Source: Octopus vulgaris | Lineage: Eukaryota | Direction: 5' to 3' | Assembly: GCA_951406725.2 (NCBI GenBank) | Contig: OX597831.1 | Span: 13,702,001-13,766,000, forward strand | Length of the DNA: 64,000 nucleotides | In this document: one piece after another, positions 14,401 to 28,277 of the stretch | Layout of the letters: each line of letters begins with the position of its first letter | Position numbering within the stretch: the stretch's first letter is position 1 | Translations under genes and position numbers: made by a program | Notes under the pieces: generated by a model | What the model was told of the DNA's origin: nothing | Database searches by the model: none | Seen by the model: the letters and a program-made list of their open reading frames with translations, nothing else

Positions 14401-16065
14401 AATTAGAAATATTTTCAAAAATCTAACGAAACAATTTTCGCTGAAAATTTCCTATACATACACAAAATTGTTGGAAAGTAAATTCTCTGGTAACAAACAT
14501 TTATATGAGAGTTTCCGAAAGATGTTGCGATTTTAAACCACAATTAAAGGTTTAAATTTATAGTGTATTTCGCAAAATATATTCTACCTTGTATAAATAT
14601 TAAACGTACATTTTAAATTTGCAGAGCTTACTGGAATAAGGTATTGCCTAAGTGAAGAATATTGCCCAGAGGCCTGGGTAAAGTTTCCTAGACGGAATCA
14701 TTATACTGACAATCAACGTTTCTGTCGGTAGATATTGTTTTATTTTCAATATTATTATTGTAACACATCTTGTTGAAAATAATGAAGATATTAAATTATT
14801 TCTTAAACAGTTTGATCCATAAGAGTTAAAGACTAATATTCTTATATGAAAACACTAGAAGTTGTTGAATTTAGTGTAGGCGAATTAAAACAGTCGAGTA
14901 ATTTATGAGACATTTGTCAAGAAAAACAAATAAAACCACGAAAATATTTGCATTAAAAAATAAGATAAATAATATCATACATTTTGAAATGTTAAACATT
15001 TTATCAACTTCCCTATAATTTTTTCTTAGCACAAAAGTAGAAAAAATGTAACCATTTATGTTCAGCATGTTTAAAAAAATACTATGTACGCTTCTCCTCC
15101 AGACGATTAAGAATGTATAAAGAATGTGCCAGGAGAAAAGGGCCACGATGGTGTATCAAGGGGCTGGACTACGAATACAAGGCTTTTGATATCTGTACTA
15201 GTAAGATAATTTTTATTTCTTCACAACATTTTATAAATCGGGAATCAGTGAACGAAATTCTAAACATTATTTTTTATATAAATTCGGATCGCACTGACGT
15301 GAATTTTTCCATTCATTTCAAATAAAGAGCTTAAAATTATTTTAGATTAATTTCTATACAAGCAACATTTAAATGTGCAATGGTGTATACAGAATCTGCT
15401 TTAGTGTATTTACTTGCAAAATGATGTATTTATGGATTAATAAGGTAAATACTAAGAACTAAAGTGATTTAAGTCGAGAATTACCATTATCAACGAATAT
15501 CAGGAATGCAAACTCAGAATGTGCAAAGAACCACGAACAATCTTCCGAATGTTCTTTGATATTTATTTGTAGCTAAACTTCTCAACACGTCCAATTTATT
15601 TTTAGAATATGAACTAAAAACTAATTAAACAAATTCTTTTATATCTATTCCATGAAGAAGAGGATAGGCAACGTCACCGAGGATGATTCATAGCAAATTT
15701 ACGACTTCAAACCGCATATGACAAATACTTATTTTATGAATGCTTCTGTGAAGGTCCAATTGAATATTAAATGAAGATCATTTATTGATGTAAGTATATT
15801 TACCAAAATGCAATACATTTACATTTTATATTGGTTCGTCACTTACACAATTCTTTCAACTTTAACATTAACAGAACGCGCACAAAGGGAGCAGACAGTA
15901 AACCTTGCGTAATATAATGCTAAACTAATACATCAACAGGATATCATTTCTTCAATATCATTAAGCTATTTATTTCCACAAATATATCATATATATCATT
16001 ATCCAACATAAGCAGGCTTCTATATTCCCGGAGCAAAACAATATATACATACATACATACATACG

Positions 16066-16120
<55 letters not shown>

Positions 16121-16909
16121 CCATTAATGGATATGTAACATTTACTTTATACTAACAATATTATAAACAACTTTAAGGCGGTGAGCTGGCAGAAACGTTA
16201 GCACGCCGGGCGAAATGCACAGCGGTATTTCGTCTGCGTTACGTTGTGAGTTCAAATTCCGCCGAGGTCGACTTTGCCTTTCATCCTTTCAGGGTCGATA
16301 AATTAAGTACCAGTTACGCACTGGGGTCGATGTAATCGACTTAATACCTATGTCTGTCCTTGTTTGTTCCCTCTGTGTTTAGCCCCTTGTGGGTAATAAA
16401 GAAATAGGTATTTCGTCTGCCTTTACGTTCTGAGTCCGAATTCCCCCCCGAGGTCGACTTTGCGTTTTATCCTTTCGGGGTCGATAAATTAAGTACCGGT
16501 TACGTATTGGGGTCGATCAAATCGACTGGCCTCCTCCCCCAAAATCTCGGGCCTTGTACCTAGAGTAGAAAAAAAGAATACTGTAGTATCAATCTAAGGC
16601 TTCAGAATTTTACTAAAATACTACTGCGCTGTCGGTATAGTAGAAAGATTACTGTATCAGCAACGCTCGTAATTGTAATAATATTTAGTATTGCGTTATA
16701 CTATAACCGGGATTGTAATATTGTAGTGAAATTGTAACATTAAGTTTCGGGATACTATTGTCAGTTTAACACCAAATTGCAACACTAAGTGACGTAGAGT
16801 GAAATATCTGGGAAATTTTAACGGAATTCTAACCAATATTTTAATATTTTAATAAGCATTGTTTTCTATTCTCATTTCAGTTCATATTCCAGTCAGCAGT
16901 CAGTTCTGA
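9120..16909 (+). CDS. Gene A: secreted six-cysteine peptide precursor, 102 aa, 5 exons (divergent paralog)
   Basis: Exons 9120-9156, 10668-10709, 14625-14727, 15103-15200, 16881-16909; all GT-AG, phases 1,1,2,1. Protein [108 protein letters not shown] at 16953-16958. Exon 3/4/5 lengths (103/98/29 nt) match the paralogs. Confidence 0.85.
10330..10620 (+). mobile_element. Degenerate CORE-type SINE in intron 1 of gene A
   Basis: ggcgcttggcttagttgtta...tttcgattc...tgttgtgatcttgaacaa; similar to 20247 and 27899. Confidence 0.6.
12420..13725 (-). mobile_element. 5'-truncated LINE (RTE-like) reverse transcriptase remnant in intron 2 of gene A
   Basis: ORFs 13087-13695 (QNGFR, FSKAFDSV, GILQGDTLAPFLF, FADDIAL) and 12664-12999 (YKYLGS, LLYGSETWT); (GAT)n tail at ~12421. 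Confidence 0.9.
16177..16570 (+). mobile_element. Tandem pair of SINE family 1 copies in intron 4 of gene A
   Basis: Full copy followed by a 5'-truncated copy with the same central domain. Confidence 0.85.
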
Positions 16910-17071
16910 AACTGTGAATACGAAAAGTAGGAAAAAAATACATGTATATGTAAATAAAATTACGATAAATATGTTGGTGTTGTTTTCTGGTTCTGGTTGA
17001 CGGTGAAAGATAAGGAAGAAAGGACTTCTATTGACTATTTGGAATTTAAGTAAATAGAGTCGGGATGCGTT

Positions 17072-17120
<49 letters not shown>

Positions 17121-17279
17121 TTTCCGTGAGTATTGACTGACTAATTACGTGTAAATAATTAATCACGCTAAACAATAACGAAATGTTGACAGAATGAAAG
17201 GACCAACAACAACAGCAAAAGACAGCAGTAAGAACAAGAATAACAGCAACAACAATAATGATAATCTTTCTACTCTAAG

Positions 17280-17475
17280 CACAAGGGTGTCCAGTTGAGT
17301 GGAAGGAAGGACTCGATTACAATGAACCCAGTGTTCTAATGGTACTTGTTTTATCGACCCCGAAAGGATGAAAGTCAAAGATGACCTGGGTGAGATTTGA
17401 ACCCAGACCATGAAGACAATCGAAATGCTGCTAAGATATTGTACGGTGCGCTAACGGTTCTGCCAGCTCACCGCC
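17280..17475 (-). mobile_element. SINE family 1 copy (diverged)
   Basis: ttatcgaccccgaaaggatgaaag...ctgccagctcaccgcc. Confidence 0.75.
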
Positions 17476-17479
17476 TTTA

Positions 17480-17763
<284 letters not shown>

Positions 17764-18170
17764 ATATAAGAGACATCATGACAATATAGCAAGGATTGTC
17801 CATTTGACACTTTGCAACAAGTATAGGCTTGACAGAGCCAAAAATTGGTATGAATATAAACCCGAAGGCATCATCGAAAATGATAATGCAAAGATCCTAT
17901 GAGATTTTATGATTCAGTGCGACCATGGAATAGAGAATGGGAAGCCAGACATAGTGTTGAAAAAGAAAGCAAACGATGCTGGATCATAGATATAGCATTC
18001 CCAGCTGATAACAAGGTATGCGATATGGAAGGCAGAAAAGTCGACAGATATGACAGGTTAGCTTGGGAGGTCAAGAAGTTGTGGTCGATGACAAAAAATG
18101 GTAGTAGTACCAGTAATTGTCGGAGCCCCGGGAACAGTGGCTTCTGGCTTAAAATAAGAAACAGAAGGGT
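17764..18170 (+). mobile_element. Non-LTR retrotransposon fragment with restriction-like endonuclease domain (R4/Dong-like)
   Basis: Broken frames read RHDNIARIVH, WYEYKPEGIIENDNAKIL*DF, KPDIV and CWIIDIAFPADNKV...KVDRYDRLAWEVKKLW, i.e. the RHD, PD..D and K..KY..L motifs of RLE-clade elements. Confidence 0.75.
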
Positions 18171-18249
18171 TTAGCATAACAGACCAAGATCAATGCCGAC
18201 CTCCAAGGAGCTACCGGACCAACATATTAAAGAACGGCAGACAGACAAA

Positions 18250-18479
<230 letters not shown>

Positions 18480-18695
18480 TGTGACAATTAGTTGGTTGAC
18501 ATAATAAAACTTAAAGTTTCGGTTGCCGGGGCTGAAGTCTGCACCGCTGATGAGATGCCGGAGCAGATTTTCAGCCCTGGCTTCCGAAACTCTGAGCTTT
18601 ATTATGACAGCCAACTAATTGTCACATATTAGATTTATAGATAAATTCCTCTATTTTACATAATATCAAGGTCTCATTCATTCTTTTGTTGTCAT

Positions 18696-18959
<264 letters not shown>

Positions 18960-19255
18960 CGAACATATACACACTCATACACCAAATATGGTACATTATA
19001 TATATATATAAAGTTATTCCAAACAAGAAAACACAAAAATACACAACAACGCGAGGGCGTGGAACAAATATAGTATTATTGGACGCTGAAGAAAGAAGGG
19101 AAGAAGGAGGGTTTAACGTTTCGAGCGGAGCTCTTCGTCGAAAACATAGGAGAAGGAAGACCCAGAGAAGGGAAGACAGAGGAAAAAAATTGCCAATGGT
19201 ACACACGAGGTCACATTTTGAAAGCATATATATATATATATATATATATATGAAA

Positions 19256-19305
<50 letters not shown>

Positions 19306-20246
19306 GCATATATATATATATATGTATATATGTATATGCATGTATGAGTGTATGTATATTATATGAGTGGGGATGCGTGTGTATACTCAAGTACACACAC
19401 ACACATGTCTTATCTACCAATTTTTCTTATGTCATGCTAACTTCAAAACTATTATTGTCAGTTGTTTTTACAAGAAAGACAGTGACAAGAATAATTACAT
19501 TGAGATAAGTTGGATTGTTTTGGATTTCATTCAAAATAAACATAAATCTCTTCTTTTTGATATTTCCTTATCTTCGTTGTTTCATCCTGAGAGTTGCACT
19601 CTGTCTTCTGGTTTATATTGGTACGCATTATGCAGTTGTGAATATTTTTAACATAATTGGTTAATATTTCTGTTTAAAAGAGGCGGACAAGAAGAACGTT
19701 ATATCATCGAATTTATTAGATGAGAAAATACTAAATTAACAATATTAATAACGCTGATCACGGTTTTGAACCCAGCTTGATTGTGTGTGGTTTTCTTTAA
19801 ACGGTCATAATGTAGTTTTGATCCGCCTACGCTGTGTAGCATCCATGTTACCGATCACTTGTAGAATAGGAATTTGCTAGTAGCCGAAATCTGGAAACTT
19901 CAATGGAAACTTCAAAGATACCAGCTAAAACCGAGCTCAGTTGCTAAAGCTGGTCATCATCACATCTTCCGCTGCTATATTGAAAATCATTTTGGTCTCA
20001 ATATCAGACCAACAGTGGTCACTCCTTGAAAATAGAATAAAAATACCCCAAAATTACTTAAACGCTGCCTGGGAATTACGCGACATAGCAAAACAAAACA
20101 AATCTAAACGAAAAGTACGCGCACCCACAAACGCACATCTATACACAATTATTCCTACATGTGTGTATGGAGTTACATATATATGAGTACGACTGAATAT
20201 GAGTTTTCGTTGAATAGAAATATATGCGCATACATATACAAATGTG

Positions 20247-20495
20247 GAGGCGCGTGGCTTAGTGGTTAGGGTGTCAGCATCATGATCGTATGATTGTGGT
20301 TTCGTTTCCTGGACCGGGCGACGTGTTGTGTTCATGAGCAAAACACTTCATTTCACGTTGCTCCAGTCCACTCAGCTGGAAAAAATGAGTAACGCTGCGA
20401 TGGACTGGAGTCCCGTCCAGCTGGGGAATACATACGCTATTGAAACCGAGAAACCGGGCCCATGAGCCTGGCTAGGCTTTAAAAGGGCGCATTTA
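20247..20495 (+). mobile_element. CORE-type tRNA-derived SINE (family 2)
   Basis: ggcgcgtggcttagtggttaggg...tgttgtgttcatgagcaaaacacttcatttcacgttgctccagtccactcagctg. Confidence 0.8.
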
Positions 20496-21103
20496 TTATT
20501 TTTACATTTTCACATTGTGATCATACAGGTGTATGCCTAAGGTTTATAGAACAATTTAGTTTAGATTTTCCGATCGAAGCTTTACAATGAGCATGCAATG
20601 CAATTCTTTCTTTATGCAAATGAAAAATACGAATCCAAAATATTTTCCCGCTATTAAATGTGCTTCCGCATGTCAAATAAGCCGATAAACGTTACTCATC
20701 ATCATAAATAAACGTTATTCATCGTCATAAATAAATCGCTGAAGCCATTTTCATTGTCATCCAAACCATTAAATGTGTGACAGTAAAATATTAAATAGCG
20801 AATGTAAATATAGAAGGAATGAAGAAAACCAGCTGTTGCATCATTTCTAAATATATATGGAACCTTTAAAATACATGGAACCTTCAAAATGATCAACTCA
20901 TGAACGAAAGTTGATTTAACGGGAAAATCCAGGATGAAATATTTTCTACGGTTTTGCCTTCTTAATGTTCGCAAGTAATTCAAAGGTAAATGTTCTTATC
21001 TTCATAAATGTTCCTATTTAATCTATGCATATCAGTGAATCTATCCAACACGAACATATATATTCCCTCTCTCCTTCCATCTCCCTCACTCTCTCCCTCT
21101 TTA

Positions 21104-21270
<167 letters not shown>

Positions 21271-21323
21271 TATAGATATAGATATAGATTTAGATATATA
21301 TATGTATATATGTATACATATAT

Positions 21324-21374
<51 letters not shown>

Positions 21375-22159
21375 GAGAGAGGGAGATAAAGAGGGAGAGA
21401 GTGAGGGAGATGGAAGGAGAGAGGGAATATATATATCGTCATAAATATTTATGACGATATATATATTTATTTATATATATACATAAACATATGTATTTGG
21501 GGAGCGGTGGCCGTGTGTGTGTATGGATAGATAAACACAACTATTCTAAAGATTTATAACCATAGATTTAAACGCAAAATATTACAGAATTCCCGTCGGA
21601 CTCCAAAAGACTCTGATTTTATCTAATTCTGTTTCAGTAATATTCACCGAGATTTTACAACTGAGCTGCCATTACACAATATCAGCGAAAGTATTATTCA
21701 CTGTCTCTTATATATCATGGCACGAATTCCGTTTAGGCATGTGACGTATGGTTACACGTTATTGATAAGCCCGAGGAAGGGCGAAAGTCCTTTATCGTTC
21801 ATATTAGTCTCTGCCGTGACGATGTCCCTTTCGCTTCGATATGTATTGTTTTTAGCACATGTTTGAGAAGAGATTTTTTCTCGGTCGCAAACTACACTCG
21901 CACGTCTGTACGTTTCGTATGCTAAGCAGATTGCTAATTTAAATAGAAATAATTTATTTTAGATGAGACTTTAAGGCCAATAGATAGTGCACTGAACAAG
22001 TCTATCAAGTACAGAGTAATTGGCATTAGCTGGAAATATCAAAGGAGCGAATCAATCACTACCACATATCTCTGAATCACAGCAAGTCCATCTTGCAGAT
22101 GAGACCAAAGAGAAAGGAGAATTAAGATTGAGTAACTGAAATCATCTGGAAAAGATCTA

Positions 22160-22365
22160 CTCGTACTGAGTCCTGTTGCTAGACAAAGAGTTTTCCAGGA
22201 ACCACCCTCACGACTAAGGGCAGAGCTACCTCCTTCAGTACTCTTGATGTAGGTCTCCGTGTTGTGTCTGAGGTTGTGTGGGATGATGAATGGAGGCATA
22301 ACGTCGCCATCACTAGTGATTTCTCCAAAAACCATGATGTTGACCGGATGTTTCGTTATTATCAC
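22160..22365 (-). mobile_element. Tc1/mariner-superfamily transposase fragment in intron 2 (also ~29650-29890, 42500-42635, 51260-51515, 60455-60550)
   Basis: [37 protein letters not shown] resembles the MVWGxIS.G..P region; same position in every B-F unit with copy-specific deletions. Confidence 0.65.
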
Positions 22366-22936
22366 TCTTGAATATAAAATGATTGTTAATAGAATATAAC
22401 AAACATTTAGTAATATAAATATCTCTCTCAGTATTCCAGACTAATTTCTTATTATTAATGCTTTGCCTGATCCCCTCACAAATTGTTTCTGACTTAGGTT
22501 TATGTACAAAAACACAATGTCCCTTTGATTTTTTTCTTACCGAGGATCCTTAAATAATTACGAAATTCAAAAATATTAGTGCCTCGTCATTTACCAGAAA
22601 TTATAGAAGTGTACTAACCATATCTTACTTAATGTATTAAAAGTTACAAAATTATCAATTATGTAATAATTTTAAAACTCCTAACGAAGCAATCTTCACA
22701 CAAAACAATTCACTAGTCACACGAAAAATCAGAAAAGTTTGAAAAGTCTTATTTCTAACAACAAGCATCCAGATATGAAAGTTTCCAATTAATTATGTGG
22801 TTTTAGGCTGCAATTAAATGTTTTAATTTATGTTATATTTCAACGAAAGTTTTAAACTTGCAGAAATGGACAACACGACATATTGCATGAGTAAAGATTA
22901 TTGCCCTGAGACTTGGAAAAAGCATCCTTTTTCAAA

Positions 22937-23128
22937 GGCCCAGAATTTCTAGGGAGAGGGCAGTCGATTGGCTCGACCCAGTACACAAATGGTACTTAAT
23001 TTAATCGACTCCGAAAGGATGAAAGGCAAAGTCGACACCGGCAGAATTTGAACTCAGGACATAACGGCAGACGAAATACCGCTGAGCATTTCGCCCGGCC
23101 TGCTAACGATTCTGCCAGCTCGCCGCCC
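22937..23128 (-). mobile_element. SINE family 1 copy at the start of intron 4 (orthologous copies ~31205-31398, 43925-44117, 52806-53000, 61644-61838)
   Basis: Same position in all B-F units, so inserted before the duplications. Confidence 0.85.
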
Positions 23129-26100
23129 TTAATAAGCGATGGAATATGAATATCAGTACGCTTGTATTTAGTCATGACTGTTTACGTCGTTGTAATTCTG
23201 TATACCACCATGTTGCATTTATGGTTTAGTTAGGTAGATTACGAGAACATATAGCATGATCTAAGTCGGGAATTACATTATCAACGACTATACTAAACTT
23301 GCAAGAATGGAAACTTACAATTTGACAGTAACCTCGATGACTCTACAGAGTTACTTGTGTGTTTATTTCATGCTAAAATGCTCGACCAGATCTAATAATT
23401 TCGCGAAATATTAATTTTAAGCTAATTAATCAGCTTCTCACATTTCTATTCCATTTCTATCTCCTGAAAGTCAAACGTCAAGGAACCTTTCAGTCCACGT
23501 TATGTTTTCACACTGTGCCTTACTAATACTTATTCGGTGCACATTTTTGTGATGGAGGAATTAAATACCAATATATTTGATGTAAGGACAGTTATTAAAT
23601 ATCACAAATTTCATATTGATATTTTACTTTCACAATATTTTCAACTATTTTCCTTCGGTAGGAAATGAAAATGGCTGCTGAATTATCTGACAGTATTAAT
23701 TCGGTAATATAATAATACTAACACGAAAATATCAACAAGAAATTATCATAGGAATATCTCAATGATTATTATTTCCAACTAAAATCTCATTTCTCTGATG
23801 CATCAGCGAATCGTTAACAGAAAATATACTACGTATGTTCATTACCCGTGACGATGCGGTTTCGATATAACTCTGGTGACACAGTGATATATCTGCATAA
23901 ACCTTAATAGAAATGTATTTATACACTGTAGGCTAACGATATTATAAACAAGATCCTTAATCATAAGATAATACTGTTATGTTGTTTTCATAGGACTGAA
24001 TCTTACTAAAATATTAGCGTCCTGCCAGTGCAATATAACAATTACTGTATTTATTATGTGACTGTAACATCGATTATGCCAGTGTAACATTAGAGTAAAA
24101 CTGTTGCATTATATTTGGGAAGTCAATTGACAATTTATCTCCGACAGTTCAAGGAAATATTTAACATTTCCGTTTGCAAATTGGTGAAAGGTTGATTGAT
24201 CCCTTAGCATATTTCTTTAGACTTTTCCTTTACACAACACCTCCAACAGTTTTGGAAGAGCGTTTGGGATTTGCTTTAGTTAGATCGCTTTAGATCACTT
24301 TAGATCACAGGTGACGAAGGGAAAATTGAGTGGTTTGTTAAGTATTGTTGTGAGAATCAGTACATGATATTAGAAGAGGTAGGTCTTGTTAAGCATTTGT
24401 AATATATTTGCTAGGGGATGCAAACCTCGAAACAAATAACAAATATGTAGCATTGAAACATGGCAGAGACTGATTGGTGGGATGCTAGATATAAATTAAT
24501 AAGCATTGCTATCTATTTCTGTTTCAGTTCCTATTTCTGTCAGCATTTAGTACTCCAGCACTTAGTCCTGAAGCTGTGATTAAAACAAACATACAAAAAT
24601 ACATATCTGAGTAAATAAACTATTTATGCTACTATAATAAATATGTCGGTGTTGTTTTCTGGTTTTGACTGGATTTGAAACATTATCAAAATTATATTTT
24701 TTTAATATCTGCACTTAGAATCAATCGTGTTTTGGATGACTTCCAAGAAGAGATGAACGTCCATGAGTACTGACTGAGTAAATACGGGTGAAGACGGAAT
24801 GACGCTCAACAAATTTCCGTTTCTTTCAGATGTAGGGAGATGTTAAGTAATAACTTATTTGGTTCCTGAATCTGGGTGAGTGTATATAATACTAGAACCT
24901 TCCTTCGAAAGATATTTCTTAAAGTCTCAGACAGAAATTTCTTTCGTCTATAAAATTTGTTTTGTCAAAGTTTGTTTATAATATATACACACTTCTTTAT
25001 GACACCGCTACAAATTTTTGTGAGACCTCTCAGTGTTGAACCTATCATATTCACTTAGTTTCACACACTTTTTTCGTCCTTGAATTTTATTCCTTTTCAA
25101 TTTGCATTCAGAGCTTTTAGAAGGATTCCAGATGGAGATTTTACTTACATTACAAGTAAAGAAGAGACAATTACAGAATTCAAATTTAACCTCAATTATT
25201 TTGGCTTTGCTGCCAGGTTTGCATTATATGTCTGCCCGACAAAAGAATGTGTCACACTAATATTTGAGTTTTCAGAAACTCGATGACTGAAAACATCCCC
25301 GATCTTATAAAAGATGAATGAGTTATTGACTGAATATCCTTCTGGGTAGAGCATCCTAGACCAGTTATTTCTCCATCAAATGACAACTATATTACTAAAT
25401 ATTTGCCCCCTCAAAAGTCGAAATTTGCATGATGCATCTGATTTACTTAACAGATCCGATAGCGAAAGTCTTCTCTACTTTATCTACTAAATCTAATAAT
25501 TTCGGATTACAGACATATTTCCTGTGATCCTGCTGCAATGCAGTATCTACTGACAGCGGTTGACTGCATGACATAGGCTAACCCAATGACGTTGGCTGAG
25601 AAGACACAACCGGATCTATATTGTCCTCGATATTTCGGATATAAAGCCCTGTAAGTACCAGAAAAATGTATATATTATTGTGGGACCGTCCCTAATTTAG
25701 AAAAAGAGCAAAATTGTAACATATCTTGTCGATTCATTAGCTTGTATTTAACTCGCTAAACGAACATAGGCTCATTTTAAGATCGTCTAGGTCAGTGTAC
25801 ATGGCTGCTTGTCGTTTATCTGTCGTTTCTTCTTCAGCGACAGACATTGAATGTCTGAAAGTAGAGGATAACGAAGACCTTATTAATTAAGCAAAGAGTG
25901 CGACAAATGAAGACATTATAGTGAGATTAGAAGTGAAAAGCAGAGGCGAAACATTCATGAACGAAAGCTTATAGCAGCATCGCCGAGAAAGACATAATGG
26001 AAAATTAATGTGAAATGATAAAACCTAGAGACAACGTGAAGCAAGGGGTATTCACATTACCAGATAAGAATCGAAACAAAGCACCCAGGGTGGATGACTG

Positions 26101-27021
26101 AAAGAATTCTCCAGTTGATGTCAGAATGCAAAACGACAAACAACATGGCGCCCAAAAAAGAAACAATTTGAAAAGCAAATGTTGCAGAGAGAAACAATAT
26201 TATCACACAAACAAAAACAAATAAATGTATTTAAAAAATCAAAGAAATGACAGAGAATCGAACTTTAATTAAAAAAATGAGGTTCTATTAAAGAACTAAC
26301 AAAACTCCATATATTTGGTGTTATACACTAAAAGAAAATATATTTCAATTTGTGATAAGCATGTCCTTTCTCTTCCGAGGATTCAGGAAATGTGCATCAA
26401 AGTGTACGTTATTCAACGTACCAAATTCTTTTAAGATAGTAGGATGTGTGATTTGAAATAGCTACGGTTGATATAGTTGGCAGCCACATTGATCCCTTCT
26501 ATCCTGCACCAATTAAATGTTTCCGTGTCCCTTGCAATACATTTTCACTTCCCGTTTTGTCCCTTTTTAGTATTAAGGTTCTTAGAGGCTTTTTTTTAAA
26601 AATTGATATTCAAAGGAGTTACTGGTGACTCGAAGCCCTTCATACGTTTCTTTACTAAAACCATAGGAAATCTACCAACAAAACGTAGCGTCTATGTGGA
26701 CACTTATGTCTATCAAAATCAGTTGATAGTAATTTCTGAACGCAGTAAAGGGGATATGAATTACACACACACACACACACACATACACACACACCACACA
26801 CATAGAACGTACACACACACATACACACACACTACGCAATCTCAGGCACATACACACGGACAAACACACACACATACACATACGTATTTCAACAGATAAA
26901 ATTCTCAGATAAATCACTGAAACCGTTTTCGTTGTCATCCACACTATTAATAATGCGACAGAAAAAAAAATTATATAACAGAGTACGTTACAAATATAAT
27001 CCCAGTTGGGCTGAAGACCAA

Positions 27022-27051
27022 CAGCAGTTACATCGTTTCTAGGTTTATAAG
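27022..27051 (+). promoter_or_regulatory. Putative core promoter of gene C (TATAAG also at 35975, 48575, 58574 for D, E, F)
   Basis: cagcagttacatcg then TATAAG at 27046, about 50 bp upstream of the ATG in all four copies. Confidence 0.6.
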
Positions 27052-27098
27052 ACACGGAGAGAAGTAGAATAACATTCTATGAGAAAACAAAACCCAAG

Positions 27099-27276
27099 AT
27101 GAGATATATTCTATGCATTTGTCTTACCGTTGGTGAGTATTTAAAAGACAAATGTTTATCTTCCGAGATGCAAATGTTCGACCGTAAACTCTGAATAGGA
27201 TTTCATGCAATTTACAACACTTCCCACTTATATATTTCTATGCGTACGAACAAACAAACGCGCAATCGTGCACACA

Positions 27277-27350
<74 letters not shown>

Positions 27351-27555
27351 GATACACACACAAAAATACATGCATGTATGTATAACAATGGATATATATA
27401 TATATGTATGTATATATATATAAATTTAAAAATAAGGATAATATCGATACTTTAATATCGATATTATCAAGTGGCCAGCATGGGAAAAATACCATACAAA
27501 GGTAATAACGTAAAAAATTATTACATATCTCTCTCTCTATATATATATAGATGTA

Positions 27556-27635
<80 letters not shown>

Positions 27636-27837
27636 TGCATGTATATATATATATATATATATATATAGATGCATGTATGTATGTATGTATATATATATGT
27701 GTATATTTATATATATAATTGTTAAAGACAATCAAGACATGCGTTATTATTACTGGAGCCCTATTAATCTGTTACGGCACTTACCTATCGTACCTAGTTG
27801 TGTAGATCACCTGTGAATATATTTTCTATATATGTAT

Positions 27838-27893
<56 letters not shown>

Positions 27894-28223
27894 ATGTGAG
27901 GGCGCGTGGCTTAGTGGTTAGGGAATTCGGTTCATGATCGTAAGGTTGTGAGTTCGATTCCCGGCGACGCGTTGTGTCCTTGAGCAAGACACTTTATTTC
28001 ACGTTGCTCCAGTCCACTCAGCTGGCAAAAATGAGTTGTACTTGTATTTCAAAGGGTCAGCCTTGTCACTCTCTGTGTCACGCTGATTATCCCCGAGAAC
28101 TACGTTAAGGGTACACGTGTCTGTGGAATGCTCAGCCATTTGCACGTTAATTTCACGAGCAAGCTGTTCCGTTGATCGTATCAGCTGGGACCCTCGTCGT
28201 CGTAACCGGCGGAGTCTTTAAGA

Positions 28224-28277
<54 letters not shown>

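Noticed and set aside
15113-15325. ORF MYKECARRKG... as a standalone gene
   Set aside because: It is exon 4 of gene A read through its donor at 15201; ORF 9120-9332 is likewise exon 1 read-through.
21638-21690. Candidate exon 2 of gene B after ttctgtttcag
   Set aside because: Little similarity to the (I/V)GLQ exon and the next GT gives the wrong phase.
27079-27102. Upstream ATG (atgagaaaa) as the true start of C-F
   Set aside because: Out of frame with the signal peptide in all four copies, with variable spacing.
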